A stretch of DNA of 64,000 nucleotides, taken from an uncultured Clostridia bacterium (GTDB lineage Bacteria; Bacillota; Clostridia; Christensenellales; Aristaeellaceae). Under the pieces are notes generated by a model. It ran no database searches and was not told where the DNA came from. It was given only the letters and a program-made list of their open reading frames with translations. Below, one piece after another: positions 8,777 through 16,274 of this stretch. The translations under genes were made by a program, and so were the position numbers. The stretch covers positions 80,141 to 144,140 of the forward strand of contig CAKUFA010000001.1 in the NCBI GenBank assembly GCA_934647165.1, in the 5' to 3' direction. Each line of letters begins with the position of its first letter. Within the stretch, counting starts at the first letter, position 1.

Positions 8777-9241
8777 CCAGAGAGCGCTGCTCTCTGGTCT
8801 CTCGGTCAAGGCTCTGCCTTGACAATCTGACAGAGACGCTGTCTCTGCACTCTGCTTAAGGGATTTCATCCCTTAAGAATCCCATTCGCGCGATCTTTCT
8901 TGAGCCCCTCCGGTTGCAGATGCGCCCGCGTGGAGCTGTGGTGCTGCTTGTCCGGGGCACGGCGCGTGACAGACGCGCCGCGCAGTGCAGGGGTCACGCC
9001 TCGCAGAGGGCGAGGCGCGACCCCTGCACAACCGGCTGACCAGAGACTCCTTCTCTGGACTCTGCTTAAGGGGTTTCACCCCTTACGAATCCCGTTCGCG
9101 CGATCTTTCTTGAGCCCCTCCGGTTGCGGATGCTCCCGCGTGGTGCTGTGGTGCTGCTTGTCCGGGGCACGGCGCGTGACAGACGCGCCTCGCAATGCAG
9201 GGGTCACGCCTCGCAGAAGGCGAGGCGCGACGCACAACCTG
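8776..9241. repeat. hairpin-rich GC-rich intergenic element with two tandem units of 210-bp period
   Basis: The unit starting at 8850 recurs at 9060, and GAGGCGCGAC at 9011 recurs at 9221. Each unit holds perfect hairpins: CTTAAGGGAT-TTC-ATCCCTTAAG, GGCGCGT-GACAG-ACGCGCC and a roughly 20-bp GTGCAGGGGTC...GACCCCTGCAC stem. Each unit is preceded by a CAGAGA-N-TCTCTG hairpin. Confidence 0.75.
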
Positions 9242-9242
9242 A

Positions 9243-9473
9243 CATATCCAAAATAAAAATCTCCGCTGTATAAGCCGTGCAGACTGTCCTCCCGAAAATG
9301 CTGTTATGATTGGCGACAGAATAGACAATGATATTGAACCTGCTAATAAACTCGGAATGAAAACAATATGGGTTAAGCAGGGCTTTTCTGTATATCAAAT
9401 ACCTATGAATGATTTTCAGCAGGCAGATTATGTTGTGGATAGGTTGCAGAATATTTTGGAGGTATTACAATGA
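9243..9473 (+). pseudogene. 3' fragment of a HAD-superfamily hydrolase gene
   Basis: The frame is open from 9243 with no start codon. The translation ...PENAVMIGDRIDNDIEPANKLGMKTIWVKQG...DYVVDRLQNILEVLQ* is the motif-III/IV end of HAD phosphatases. The segment is AT-rich relative to its flanks. Confidence 0.6.
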
Positions 9474-9759
9474 AAACAGTTACTATTTGCGGAAGTATGC
9501 GATTTGCAAATGAAATGAAAAGTATTGCATATTATCTTGAAACGCAGCAAAAATTCAATGTTCTTCAATGTGTATATCTTCCAGATAATGTTGTTCCGAC
9601 AGATGAAGATATTAAGGTTTTGGAAGTGGCTCATTATCGTAAATTGATTTGAGTGATGGAATTTATGTTGTAAACATTGACGGTCATATTGGAAATTCCG
9701 TTCGGAAAGAAATTGAATATGCGAAAAAGCACAATGCTCGCTATGCCCCTGTACGATGA
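9470..9759 (+). pseudogene. small Rossmann-like protein (nucleoside 2-deoxyribosyltransferase-like), frameshifted and 3'-truncated
   Basis: MKTVTICGSMRFANEM...AHYRK then hits a TGA. The next frame continues with IDLSDGIYVVNIDGHIGNSVRKEIEYAKKHN. One more A in the AAA run at 9641-9643 would restore the frame. Similarity ends near 9735, where the base composition changes. Confidence 0.45.
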
Positions 9760-10531
9760 GGACGGAAATGAGATCCCGGAAGAAGAGCTGCCGTGGAACA
9801 ACATGCCCGGTGAACTCAGCAGTGAGGATGATACCGAGGACTGGTCAGTCGATGATGGATCAGAGGAATCCTTGCCACGATCCAAGCCAGGCAAACGCAG
9901 ACGCAATGCTGACAAAACACGATCCTCTGCTGAACTAAGAAAGCGCATAGCCCAGAGCGTCCGTGAAGAAGCTCTCCGCCGACTGGAACTGTCTGCCCGA
10001 ACCATGTCCGAGTTTCAGGAACTGGTTGACTGGTACGACCGCGAAGAAGAAAGCCGTATGCGCCGGGAACGCCGTTATGAAACCCTGCGAGGCGATGTCC
10101 CGCTGGAGAGCGGTGCGCTCCCCGGTGGCCACATCCTGCCTCACAGTATGAGTCAGCCGACCTTCCGACAAATCTGTCGGGGCGATTTTGACGATTATCT
10201 CAACACGTGCCTTTTCGCCATGCACGATTTGACCGAGCGGGCACACCTGCGGGAGATCGTGATGAATCTGAAGCTCGACCACAAAGAAATCCTGTTCTTC
10301 CTGGGTATCAGGCTGTACTCGACACAGAAGCTGGCGGAGCTGCGCGGCCAGACAGAGCGCAACATCCGCAAGGTTTGTGATACCGTCCAGCGGCGCATCC
10401 ACCGGAAGCTGTACGCAGCCCTGACGGTGCTGCAACAGGACGGCGACGAGCTGATCCACCTGGAGAAGGAATTCCTGCGTGATTACACTCCACCGAAAAG
10501 GAGGCATTCTTCTGATGACGAACCTGTTTGA
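9719..10531 (+). CDS. acidic N-terminus plus sigma-70 region-4-like HTH protein (mobile-element associated); start uncertain
   Basis: LYSTQKLAELRGQTERNIRKVCDTVQRRIHRKL resembles a sigma region-4 HTH. Possible starts are 9677 (TTG), 9719, 9734 and 9743. The 5' end coincides with the composition junction near 9735, so the gene may be truncated or fused. Confidence 0.5.
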   Translation: MRKSTMLAMPLYDEDGNEIPEEELPWNNMPGELSSEDDTEDWSVDDGSEESLPRSKPGKRRRNADKTRSSAELRKRIAQSVREEALRRLELSARTMSEFQELVDWYDREEESRMRRERRYETLRGDVPLESGALPGGHILPHSMSQPTFRQICRGDFDDYLNTCLFAMHDLTERAHLREIVMNLKLDHKEILFFLGIRLYSTQKLAELRGQTERNIRKVCDTVQRRIHRKLYAALTVLQQDGDELIHLEKEFLRDYTPPKRRHSSDDEPV

Positions 10532-11396
10532 ACATACCAGCGCGTACTGGGCCAAGTATGCCTCTTATGAGTGGAGAAAGGCAGCAGATGGGAAGGAGTA
10601 CCTTCTGCCCACGGCTGATGCCAAGGCTTCTGTCTACAACACCACGCCGCTTGCTGACCAACTGGTGCTGGATGCGGTCAACATCGGGCTGCTGGTGATT
10701 CACAAGTTGCCTGAAAAGAAGATTAAAGCCGCGATCCACACCTTCGTCTGCAACTACGGTCTACTGGGCATGATGACTGCCTTTCCCACCACGCCGAATT
10801 TCGTGGAATACGAAAAGGTCTATCTTCCGAAAAACCAGTTCATTCGGCAGGAAACCATGGACACACTGACCTACATGAAATTCTTCTTTCCATTCAAGAT
10901 GCCAGACTTCCGCAAACGCGGAATTGAATCTATTTGGAATGTGTCCGGCAGTGATCGGGATGAAGCGGCGCTGTCTCTGACCTTCAGCGACGATCCACGC
11001 GCCAAGGCGATCTCCTTCATGCGAAGCTACGGCGAACCCTATGAGTGGCTGAAGGAAGTGTTCCTCGACTGGGCGTTCACCTTTATGTCAACATACCTGT
11101 ATTACGAAGACCGGGACATCCTGGACAAGAATGGGCTGAACTTGTACCGCAAGAGCCTTGCATGTTTTGAGGGCAATGCACCTACCTATCACCTGGCGCT
11201 GCGGGAGCACCCGGTCATCGTGTGGGATTTTCATTCGCTGATGCTGACAGTGAAGTTCATGTTCTCTGTCAAACTGACCGATGCGAAGAATCCCATGAGC
11301 TTGTGCGAGCATTGCCGCATGGCGTTCTATGCGCCCCGGGCAGATTCACGGTTCTGTTCTGCCGAGTGCCGGAAAAAGGCGAGCAAGAAGACCTGA
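10515..11396 (+). CDS. hypothetical protein with a C-terminal Cys4 zinc ribbon (CEHC...CSAEC)
   Basis: The ATG at 10515 is preceded by AAAGGAGG and overlaps the upstream stop. I recall similar proteins in Clostridia integrative elements but cannot verify a family name. Confidence 0.6.
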   Translation: MTNLFEHTSAYWAKYASYEWRKAADGKEYLLPTADAKASVYNTTPLADQLVLDAVNIGLLVIHKLPEKKIKAAIHTFVCNYGLLGMMTAFPTTPNFVEYEKVYLPKNQFIRQETMDTLTYMKFFFPFKMPDFRKRGIESIWNVSGSDRDEAALSLTFSDDPRAKAISFMRSYGEPYEWLKEVFLDWAFTFMSTYLYYEDRDILDKNGLNLYRKSLACFEGNAPTYHLALREHPVIVWDFHSLMLTVKFMFSVKLTDAKNPMSLCEHCRMAFYAPRADSRFCSAECRKKASKKT

Positions 11397-11400
11397 TGCA

Positions 11401-11700
11401 TCAAGCCAGTAGAAAGTCCAGAAGAACGAGCGTGAGGTCTGTTACCTTCCCCAGCAGCCATCCAGCGATGTGCGGAGCAAAGGCGAAGAAGATGCCAAGG
11501 GCCATCGTCTGGAAGATCAGTCTGCTGGGAGCGTTGGCGATCCATCCTGCAATGGAGCCGAAGAGGAATACCGTTGCAAGCAGGTTGGTTACGATGGAGG
11601 TCAATCCAACAATGATGGATGAAATCAGCTGGAACACCAGCAGTATCGCAATGAGAGGTAGAGTGGCTATCTGCAGGGGCAGCTTGAGCAGTTTCTTCAT
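11401..11700 (-). CDS. small three-helix membrane protein (99 aa)
   Basis: The ATG at 11700 is preceded by GGAGG. The sequence MKKLLKLPLQIATLPLIAILLVFQLISSIIVGL... is almost entirely hydrophobic. Confidence 0.55.
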   Translation of the reverse strand: MKKLLKLPLQIATLPLIAILLVFQLISSIIVGLTSIVTNLLATVFLFGSIAGWIANAPSRLIFQTMALGIFFAFAPHIAGWLLGKVTDLTLVLLDFLLA

Positions 11701-11776
11701 AAGTACCTCCATCTGATTCTTGGGGAGACAGGCACGGGCAGGTGGCTCGTGCCTGTTTGCTATGTGGCACAGTTTC

Positions 11777-12127
11777 TCAGTCATAGATAAGCTCGCTGAA
11801 CAGCATTTCTTCAATCCGATTGTGAATACTGTTCATGCGGCGTACCTATTCCATCTGGTCGGCAGCTTTCAAGTCCTCGGTAACGCCTTCGGCTGCTTTC
11901 ATCTGAGGAATCAGCAGATCCAGGCGTTCCTGGCAGGCATCGTCAATGCTGTACAGATGCTTCATGAGCTTACCGGACAGCAGGAGCTGATTGAACAGGA
12001 GGGAACGATGCTCCCGGAGATAGCGCAGGCGCATTCTGCCGTACTTGCCAAGCGGGCGCATGTCCTCGGCAGGAATGCCGATGTTGGGCAGGTAGTAGTT
12101 TCCACAGCGGCGATAGGTCAGTTTCAT
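11777..12127 (-). pseudogene. tnpV: TnpV-family transposon protein with an in-frame TAG at the conserved Trp position
   Basis: MKLTYRRCGNYYLPNIG...GKYGRMRLRYLREHR...TEDLKAADQME-TAG-VRRMNSIHNRIEEMLFSELIYD*. In my recollection family members read ADQM.W.GRMNSI, so TGG has become TAG at 11846-11848. Confidence 0.7.
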
Positions 12128-12309
12128 GGGGGTGTCCTCGCTTTCTGCTGCAACAAAAAAGCAGCTATGTACTTGAAGGTTTCCCTTCAAGCCATAACTG
12201 CTTGAATTACTTGTATTTCTCGCGACTCATGACGAGGAGGGGTAAACCTTCCTCTACATAATAACGCGTTCGGGCGAGCTCCTTTATTTTATGCAGGATA
12301 GACAGTGGG

Positions 12310-12729
12310 TTAGTTCAGCGCTTCAGCATCGTTCTCGATGGCAACTTCTTCCACGGAACGGATGGCCCAACGGGCAAACACCAGCGTTACGTGATCGCGG
12401 CCAACGGACAGGGTTACGGTATCATCCTTGATGGCCGTGATGGTGCCATAAATACCACCAATGGTGCACACGCGGTCAGACACTTTCAGGTTGGCCAGCA
12501 TGTCCTTAACCTGCTTGTCCTTTTTCTTCTGGGGCCGGATGAGGAAGAAATAGAACACAACAAAAATCAGCACCATTGGGAGGAGGGAGACCAACAGGCT
12601 TACAATACCGGCAGCGCCCGTGGCAGCATCGGTAGCACCTGCGGCAGCAGTAGCATCGGCAACGCCAGTGGTGGCGGCACCTTCTGCAACCGCAGTGCTG
12701 ATGCCAAGCAGAAGATTCGTAAGGGTCAT
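12310..12729 (-). CDS. yajC: preprotein translocase subunit YajC with an Ala/Thr/Gly-rich N-terminal extension
   Basis: LLPMVLIFVVFYFFLIRPQKKKDKQVKDMLANLKVSDRVCTIGGIYGTI is the canonical YajC core. Confidence 0.85.
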   Translation of the reverse strand: MTLTNLLLGISTAVAEGAATTGVADATAAAGATDAATGAAGIVSLLVSLLPMVLIFVVFYFFLIRPQKKKDKQVKDMLANLKVSDRVCTIGGIYGTITAIKDDTVTLSVGRDHVTLVFARWAIRSVEEVAIENDAEALN

Positions 12730-12837
12730 GGGGCAAAACTCCTTTCAAAATCAGGTACTTGGGTTATTATAGCAGGAAACGCCCCCGACCACAAGGGGGA
12801 AAGAAAAACTTCATGTTCGGTTCATACAACAGGAGAA

Positions 12838-13191
12838 TCAGCCGATGCTTTTGGTGGCAATCACATCCACGCCGGTGTTGCATACATTGGCCAGCACCAC
12901 ATCGCCTGCGTTCACTGGGGCGGTCAGCTGCACATCGGCCAGTTCCTTCATGCACGCATGGATGAGCTTCTTGGGGATAGGCGTGCGGGTTTTGACGCTC
13001 AAAGGCATGGCGGCGCCGGATACGGAAATCACCGCAGTGACCATGCGCTCAGGAGCAACACACTCTTGATGGGCATACTTTTCTCCGCGCTTGCAGGTGT
13101 TTCCCGTCACGCCGGTTACCTGACCGTTTTCCAGGGTGACGGTCATGCGGCAACCCACAGGGCAGTTGATGCAGGTAATCGTCTGTTCCAT
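12838..13191 (-). CDS. DUF1667 domain protein (third subunit of a glycerol-3-phosphate-dehydrogenase-like flavoprotein trio)
   Basis: MEQTITCINCPVGCRMTV...TGNTCKRG is the characteristic DUF1667 Cys cluster. It is the last gene of a three-gene operon. Confidence 0.85.
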   Translation of the reverse strand: MEQTITCINCPVGCRMTVTLENGQVTGVTGNTCKRGEKYAHQECVAPERMVTAVISVSGAAMPLSVKTRTPIPKKLIHACMKELADVQLTAPVNAGDVVLANVCNTGVDVIATKSIG

Positions 13192-13197
13192 GATAAA

Positions 13198-14472
13198 TCA
13201 GCCTCTTTCCATCGTCACGGTGATATCCTGTGCGCCAAGGGAAGCGATGACTTCCGGTTTGAGGGTCACAACGGCCATTTCACCAGGGGTGAAAATCGGC
13301 GCCTTTTTGCGGGCAATCTCTGTGTCGCCACTGCGGACAACCACACTTGCACCGCGGAACACGCCGCTTGGGCGGAACATCAAATCCACCGGCTGCGTAC
13401 CGCCCAGATGAATGCGCTGAGGTACCACGCCGCGCACGCCATCGCCGTCCTTCACGGCAACTGTGGGTGTGGCGGAACTTTCGCCCCGGGCATAGGTTGC
13501 TGCTGCGTGCCCGGCCTTAAAGCTTTCGTTGGACACATGATCCACCAGATCATGCACGTGAAGCACATTGCCGCAGGCAAAGATGCCGGGGATGCTGGTT
13601 TGCAGCTGGTCGTCCACTTCCGCGCCGCTGGTGAGGGGGGAGAGCTTCACGCCTGCGCCTTGGCTGAGCTCGTTTTCGGGAATCAGACCCACGGAGAGCA
13701 GCAGGGTATCGCAGTCGAAATGAATTTCGCTGCCCGGAATGGGCTGGCGCTTTTCGTCCACCTTAGCAACCGTTACGCCGGTGAGACGCTCACGACCTTC
13801 GATGTCAATAACGGTGTGGCTCAGATACAGCGGAATATCAAAGTCGTTCAGGCATTGCACAATGTTGCGGTTCAGGCCGGAGGAATAGGGCATCAGTTCC
13901 ACGCAGGCGAGTACCTTAGCACCCTGCAGGGTCATGCGGCGTGCCATAATCAGCCCGATATCACCACTGCCCAGGATAACCACGCGCTTGCCGGGCATGT
14001 AGCCTTCCAGGTTTACAAACTTTTGCGCAGTGCCTGCTGAATAAACACCGGCGCAGCGGGTGCCGGGGGTGCCCAGCGCTCCGCGAGGACGTTCGCGGCA
14101 GCCCATGGCCAGCACAATGGCTTTTGCCTTGATGATCTGCACGCCATGCTCAGCGCTCACGCATGTTACCGTGTGGTCGGCTTCCACGGAAAGCACCGTG
14201 GTGTCGCACTGGATATTGATGTTCAATTCACGCGCCCGGTCAATGTCGCGCTGGGCATATTCGGGACCGGTGAGCTCCTCCTTGAAGCGATGCAGGCCGA
14301 AGCCGTTATGGATGCATTGGCGAAGAATACCGCCGGGGTTATGCTCGCGTTCAAGCACAAGCAGGTTATCTACGCCGTCCTCCCGGGCGGCAATGGCAGC
14401 AGCCAGACCCGCGGGGCCGCCGCCGATGATCAGCACGTCCACGTGCAGGGCACCGTTTTCCATCACCGTCAT
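13198..14472 (-). CDS. NAD(P)/FAD-dependent pyridine-nucleotide-disulfide-type oxidoreductase
   Basis: VDVLIIGGGPAGLAAA and VVILGSGDIGL are dinucleotide folds. I choose the ATG at 14472 (AAGGAGGAAAAGTAAC upstream) rather than the 14499 start in the track. Confidence 0.85.
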   Translation of the reverse strand: MTVMENGALHVDVLIIGGGPAGLAAAIAAREDGVDNLLVLEREHNPGGILRQCIHNGFGLHRFKEELTGPEYAQRDIDRARELNINIQCDTTVLSVEADHTVTCVSAEHGVQIIKAKAIVLAMGCRERPRGALGTPGTRCAGVYSAGTAQKFVNLEGYMPGKRVVILGSGDIGLIMARRMTLQGAKVLACVELMPYSSGLNRNIVQCLNDFDIPLYLSHTVIDIEGRERLTGVTVAKVDEKRQPIPGSEIHFDCDTLLLSVGLIPENELSQGAGVKLSPLTSGAEVDDQLQTSIPGIFACGNVLHVHDLVDHVSNESFKAGHAAATYARGESSATPTVAVKDGDGVRGVVPQRIHLGGTQPVDLMFRPSGVFRGASVVVRSGDTEIARKKAPIFTPGEMAVVTLKPEVIASLGAQDITVTMERG

Positions 14473-14473
14473 G

Positions 14474-15931
14474 TTACTTTTCCTCCTTGATTGCATCATG
14501 GATGGTGCCAGTGAGCAAATAGCTGCATCCGCCGCATTTGGTAATTTCCGTCATGGGAAGGTGAAGCTCTTCGGAGAGAATTTCCGCCACGCGGGGCGAG
14601 CAGAAACCGCCCTGGCAGCGACCCATGCCTGCGCGGGTGCGGCGCTTGACGCCGTCAATAGATGTTGCGCCGACGGGACGGTGGATGGCGGCACGAATCT
14701 CTGCCTCAGTCACTACTTCGCACCGGCAGACCATACGACCATAGAGCGGATTGCGCTTCACAGCCTCGGCACGCTCTTCGGTGGTCATGGCATAGAAGGG
14801 GCGGGGAAGCTTTACAGCAGGTTTGTAGTCGCTCTTTTTCACCAACTGTTGCTGGGCGGCGATCATTTCACCAAGCATTTCGCCAATGGCGGGGGCGGCA
14901 GACAGGCCGGGACTCTCGATGCCTACTGTTTCATAGGCGTTGGGTGCGTCCTTCACGGCGCCGATGACAAAGTCGCCCTTAGCCTCGTGCGCACGAATGC
15001 CGGAAAAGTTGGTGATGGTGCCGCGAGTGGTGGCGTTCGGCCAGGTCAGGCGGCTTTTGTTCAGCACAAAAGCCAGGCCGTCGGCGGTGGTACGGGTATC
15101 CAATTCGTCGGGAATATCCTCTGCGGAAGGACCAAGCAGCAGATTGCCGTGCACCGTGGGGGATACCAGCACGCCCTTGCCCATCTTGGTGGGACACTGG
15201 AACATGGTCTTGTGGAATGGCAGGGGATTCATACGATCCAGCAGGTAATACTGGCCGCGGCGATCGATGATCGTCAGCGGATCGTTGCTCATCATGTTGT
15301 GGATTTTGGCGGATCCAACGCCTGCGCAGTTAATCAGCACCTTGCAGGTGTATTCGCCTTGGGTGGTTGTCACATGCCACAGATTGTCCGCATCTTCATG
15401 GCGCACGGCAGTCACTTCCGTGTTCAGGCGGAAGGAAGCGCCGTTGAGTGCGGCGTGGTCAGCCAGGGCAAAGGTCATTTCGTAAGGGCTGGTGAGTCCG
15501 CTGGTGGGTGCATCCAGTGCACAGAGTACATCGGGGTTGCAGTTGGGCTCCAAGGCGAGAATTTCGTCGCGCTCAATGATGCGCAGTCCTTCTACGCCAT
15601 TTTCCCGGCCTTGCTCCAGCAGCGTCTCCAATGTCTTACGGTCATCCTCTGTGAAGCCGATGACCAGCGCCCCGGGACGACTGTAGGCAACGCCCAGTTC
15701 CTCGGACAGCGCAGGGTACATTTTGGCGCCTTCCACGTTCAGCTTGGCCTTGAGTGTGCCGGGGTGTGCGTCGAAACCTGCGTGCACAATGCCGCTGTTG
15801 GCCTTGCTGGCTCCCTCCGCTACATCGCTTCCGCGGTCAATGACGGTGAGCGATCCTTCGTAGCGGCTGAGAACGCGAGCCAGTGAGCAGCCGGTTACGC
15901 CTGCACCAATGATGAGCATTTCAGTGTACAA
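14474..15931 (-). CDS. FAD-dependent glycerol-3-phosphate dehydrogenase/oxidase-like protein with a BFD-like [2Fe-2S] domain
   Basis: MLIIGAGVTGCSLA...SKANSGIVHAG is a DAO-family N-terminus, and CRCE...C-x-GGFC forms a C-terminal BFD-like Cys cluster. The TTG start at 15931 lies 8 nt after GGAGG. Confidence 0.85.
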   Translation of the reverse strand: MYTEMLIIGAGVTGCSLARVLSRYEGSLTVIDRGSDVAEGASKANSGIVHAGFDAHPGTLKAKLNVEGAKMYPALSEELGVAYSRPGALVIGFTEDDRKTLETLLEQGRENGVEGLRIIERDEILALEPNCNPDVLCALDAPTSGLTSPYEMTFALADHAALNGASFRLNTEVTAVRHEDADNLWHVTTTQGEYTCKVLINCAGVGSAKIHNMMSNDPLTIIDRRGQYYLLDRMNPLPFHKTMFQCPTKMGKGVLVSPTVHGNLLLGPSAEDIPDELDTRTTADGLAFVLNKSRLTWPNATTRGTITNFSGIRAHEAKGDFVIGAVKDAPNAYETVGIESPGLSAAPAIGEMLGEMIAAQQQLVKKSDYKPAVKLPRPFYAMTTEERAEAVKRNPLYGRMVCRCEVVTEAEIRAAIHRPVGATSIDGVKRRTRAGMGRCQGGFCSPRVAEILSEELHLPMTEITKCGGCSYLLTGTIHDAIKEEK

Positions 15932-16170
15932 TCAGGATTCCTCCTATCAACCGGACAGATGTGCCCGGAATGGTCTAGTCAAAAGTATAACACATTTTTC
16001 ACAGAAGGAAAAGTTCCTTTTATCAAGAAAATGTCATATTAATAAGAAACTTCTTAAAAAAGAAAGAACCATGCGTTTCTCATAGTGCAAAAGAGAATCA
16101 AGAATGCAAGAAAAATAACAATCATATAAAATAGACAAAACACGGCAGGAAAAACTCGTTACAAAAAAGA

Positions 16171-16210
16171 TTGTTTGATATTTGACAAACGAAATCAACG
16201 AGAGTATAAT
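16171..16210 (+). promoter_or_regulatory. adhE promoter (TTGACA-17-TATAAT) with an overlapping Rex-like box
   Basis: TTGACA is at 16182-16187 and TATAAT at 16205-16210, with exactly 17-nt spacing. TTGTTTGATATTTGACAA at 16171-16188 matches 11 of 14 specified positions of the Clostridia Rex consensus TTGTTAAnnnnTTAACAA. Confidence 0.5.
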
Positions 16211-16274
16211 GCAAATCGTCAAGGAAATAACAAGCGCGTATCGCTGGACAAAAGCAATCAGGAGGTTGAACATT

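Larger units (their letters stand above)
9735..12200. mobile_element. decayed fragment of a Clostridia conjugative/mobilisable element (no recombinase, no transfer genes)
   Basis: It contains a sigma-70 region-4-like HTH protein, a Cys4-tailed hypothetical protein, a small membrane protein and a TnpV-like gene interrupted by TAG. The edges are approximate. Confidence 0.5.

Noticed and set aside
8873-9328. Arg/Cys-rich ORFs on both strands across the 210-bp repeats (8900-9256 +, 8873-9079 -, 9083-9328 -)
   Set aside because: Their apparent internal protein repeats simply reflect the DNA duplication. The frames run through perfect hairpins. They have no RBS and their composition is implausible.
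12391-15886. Two very long plus-strand ORFs (12391-14040 and 14060-15886)
   Set aside because: They mirror the minus-strand yajC and DUF1667 operon. They carry no recognisable motifs and their composition is typical of antisense frames.
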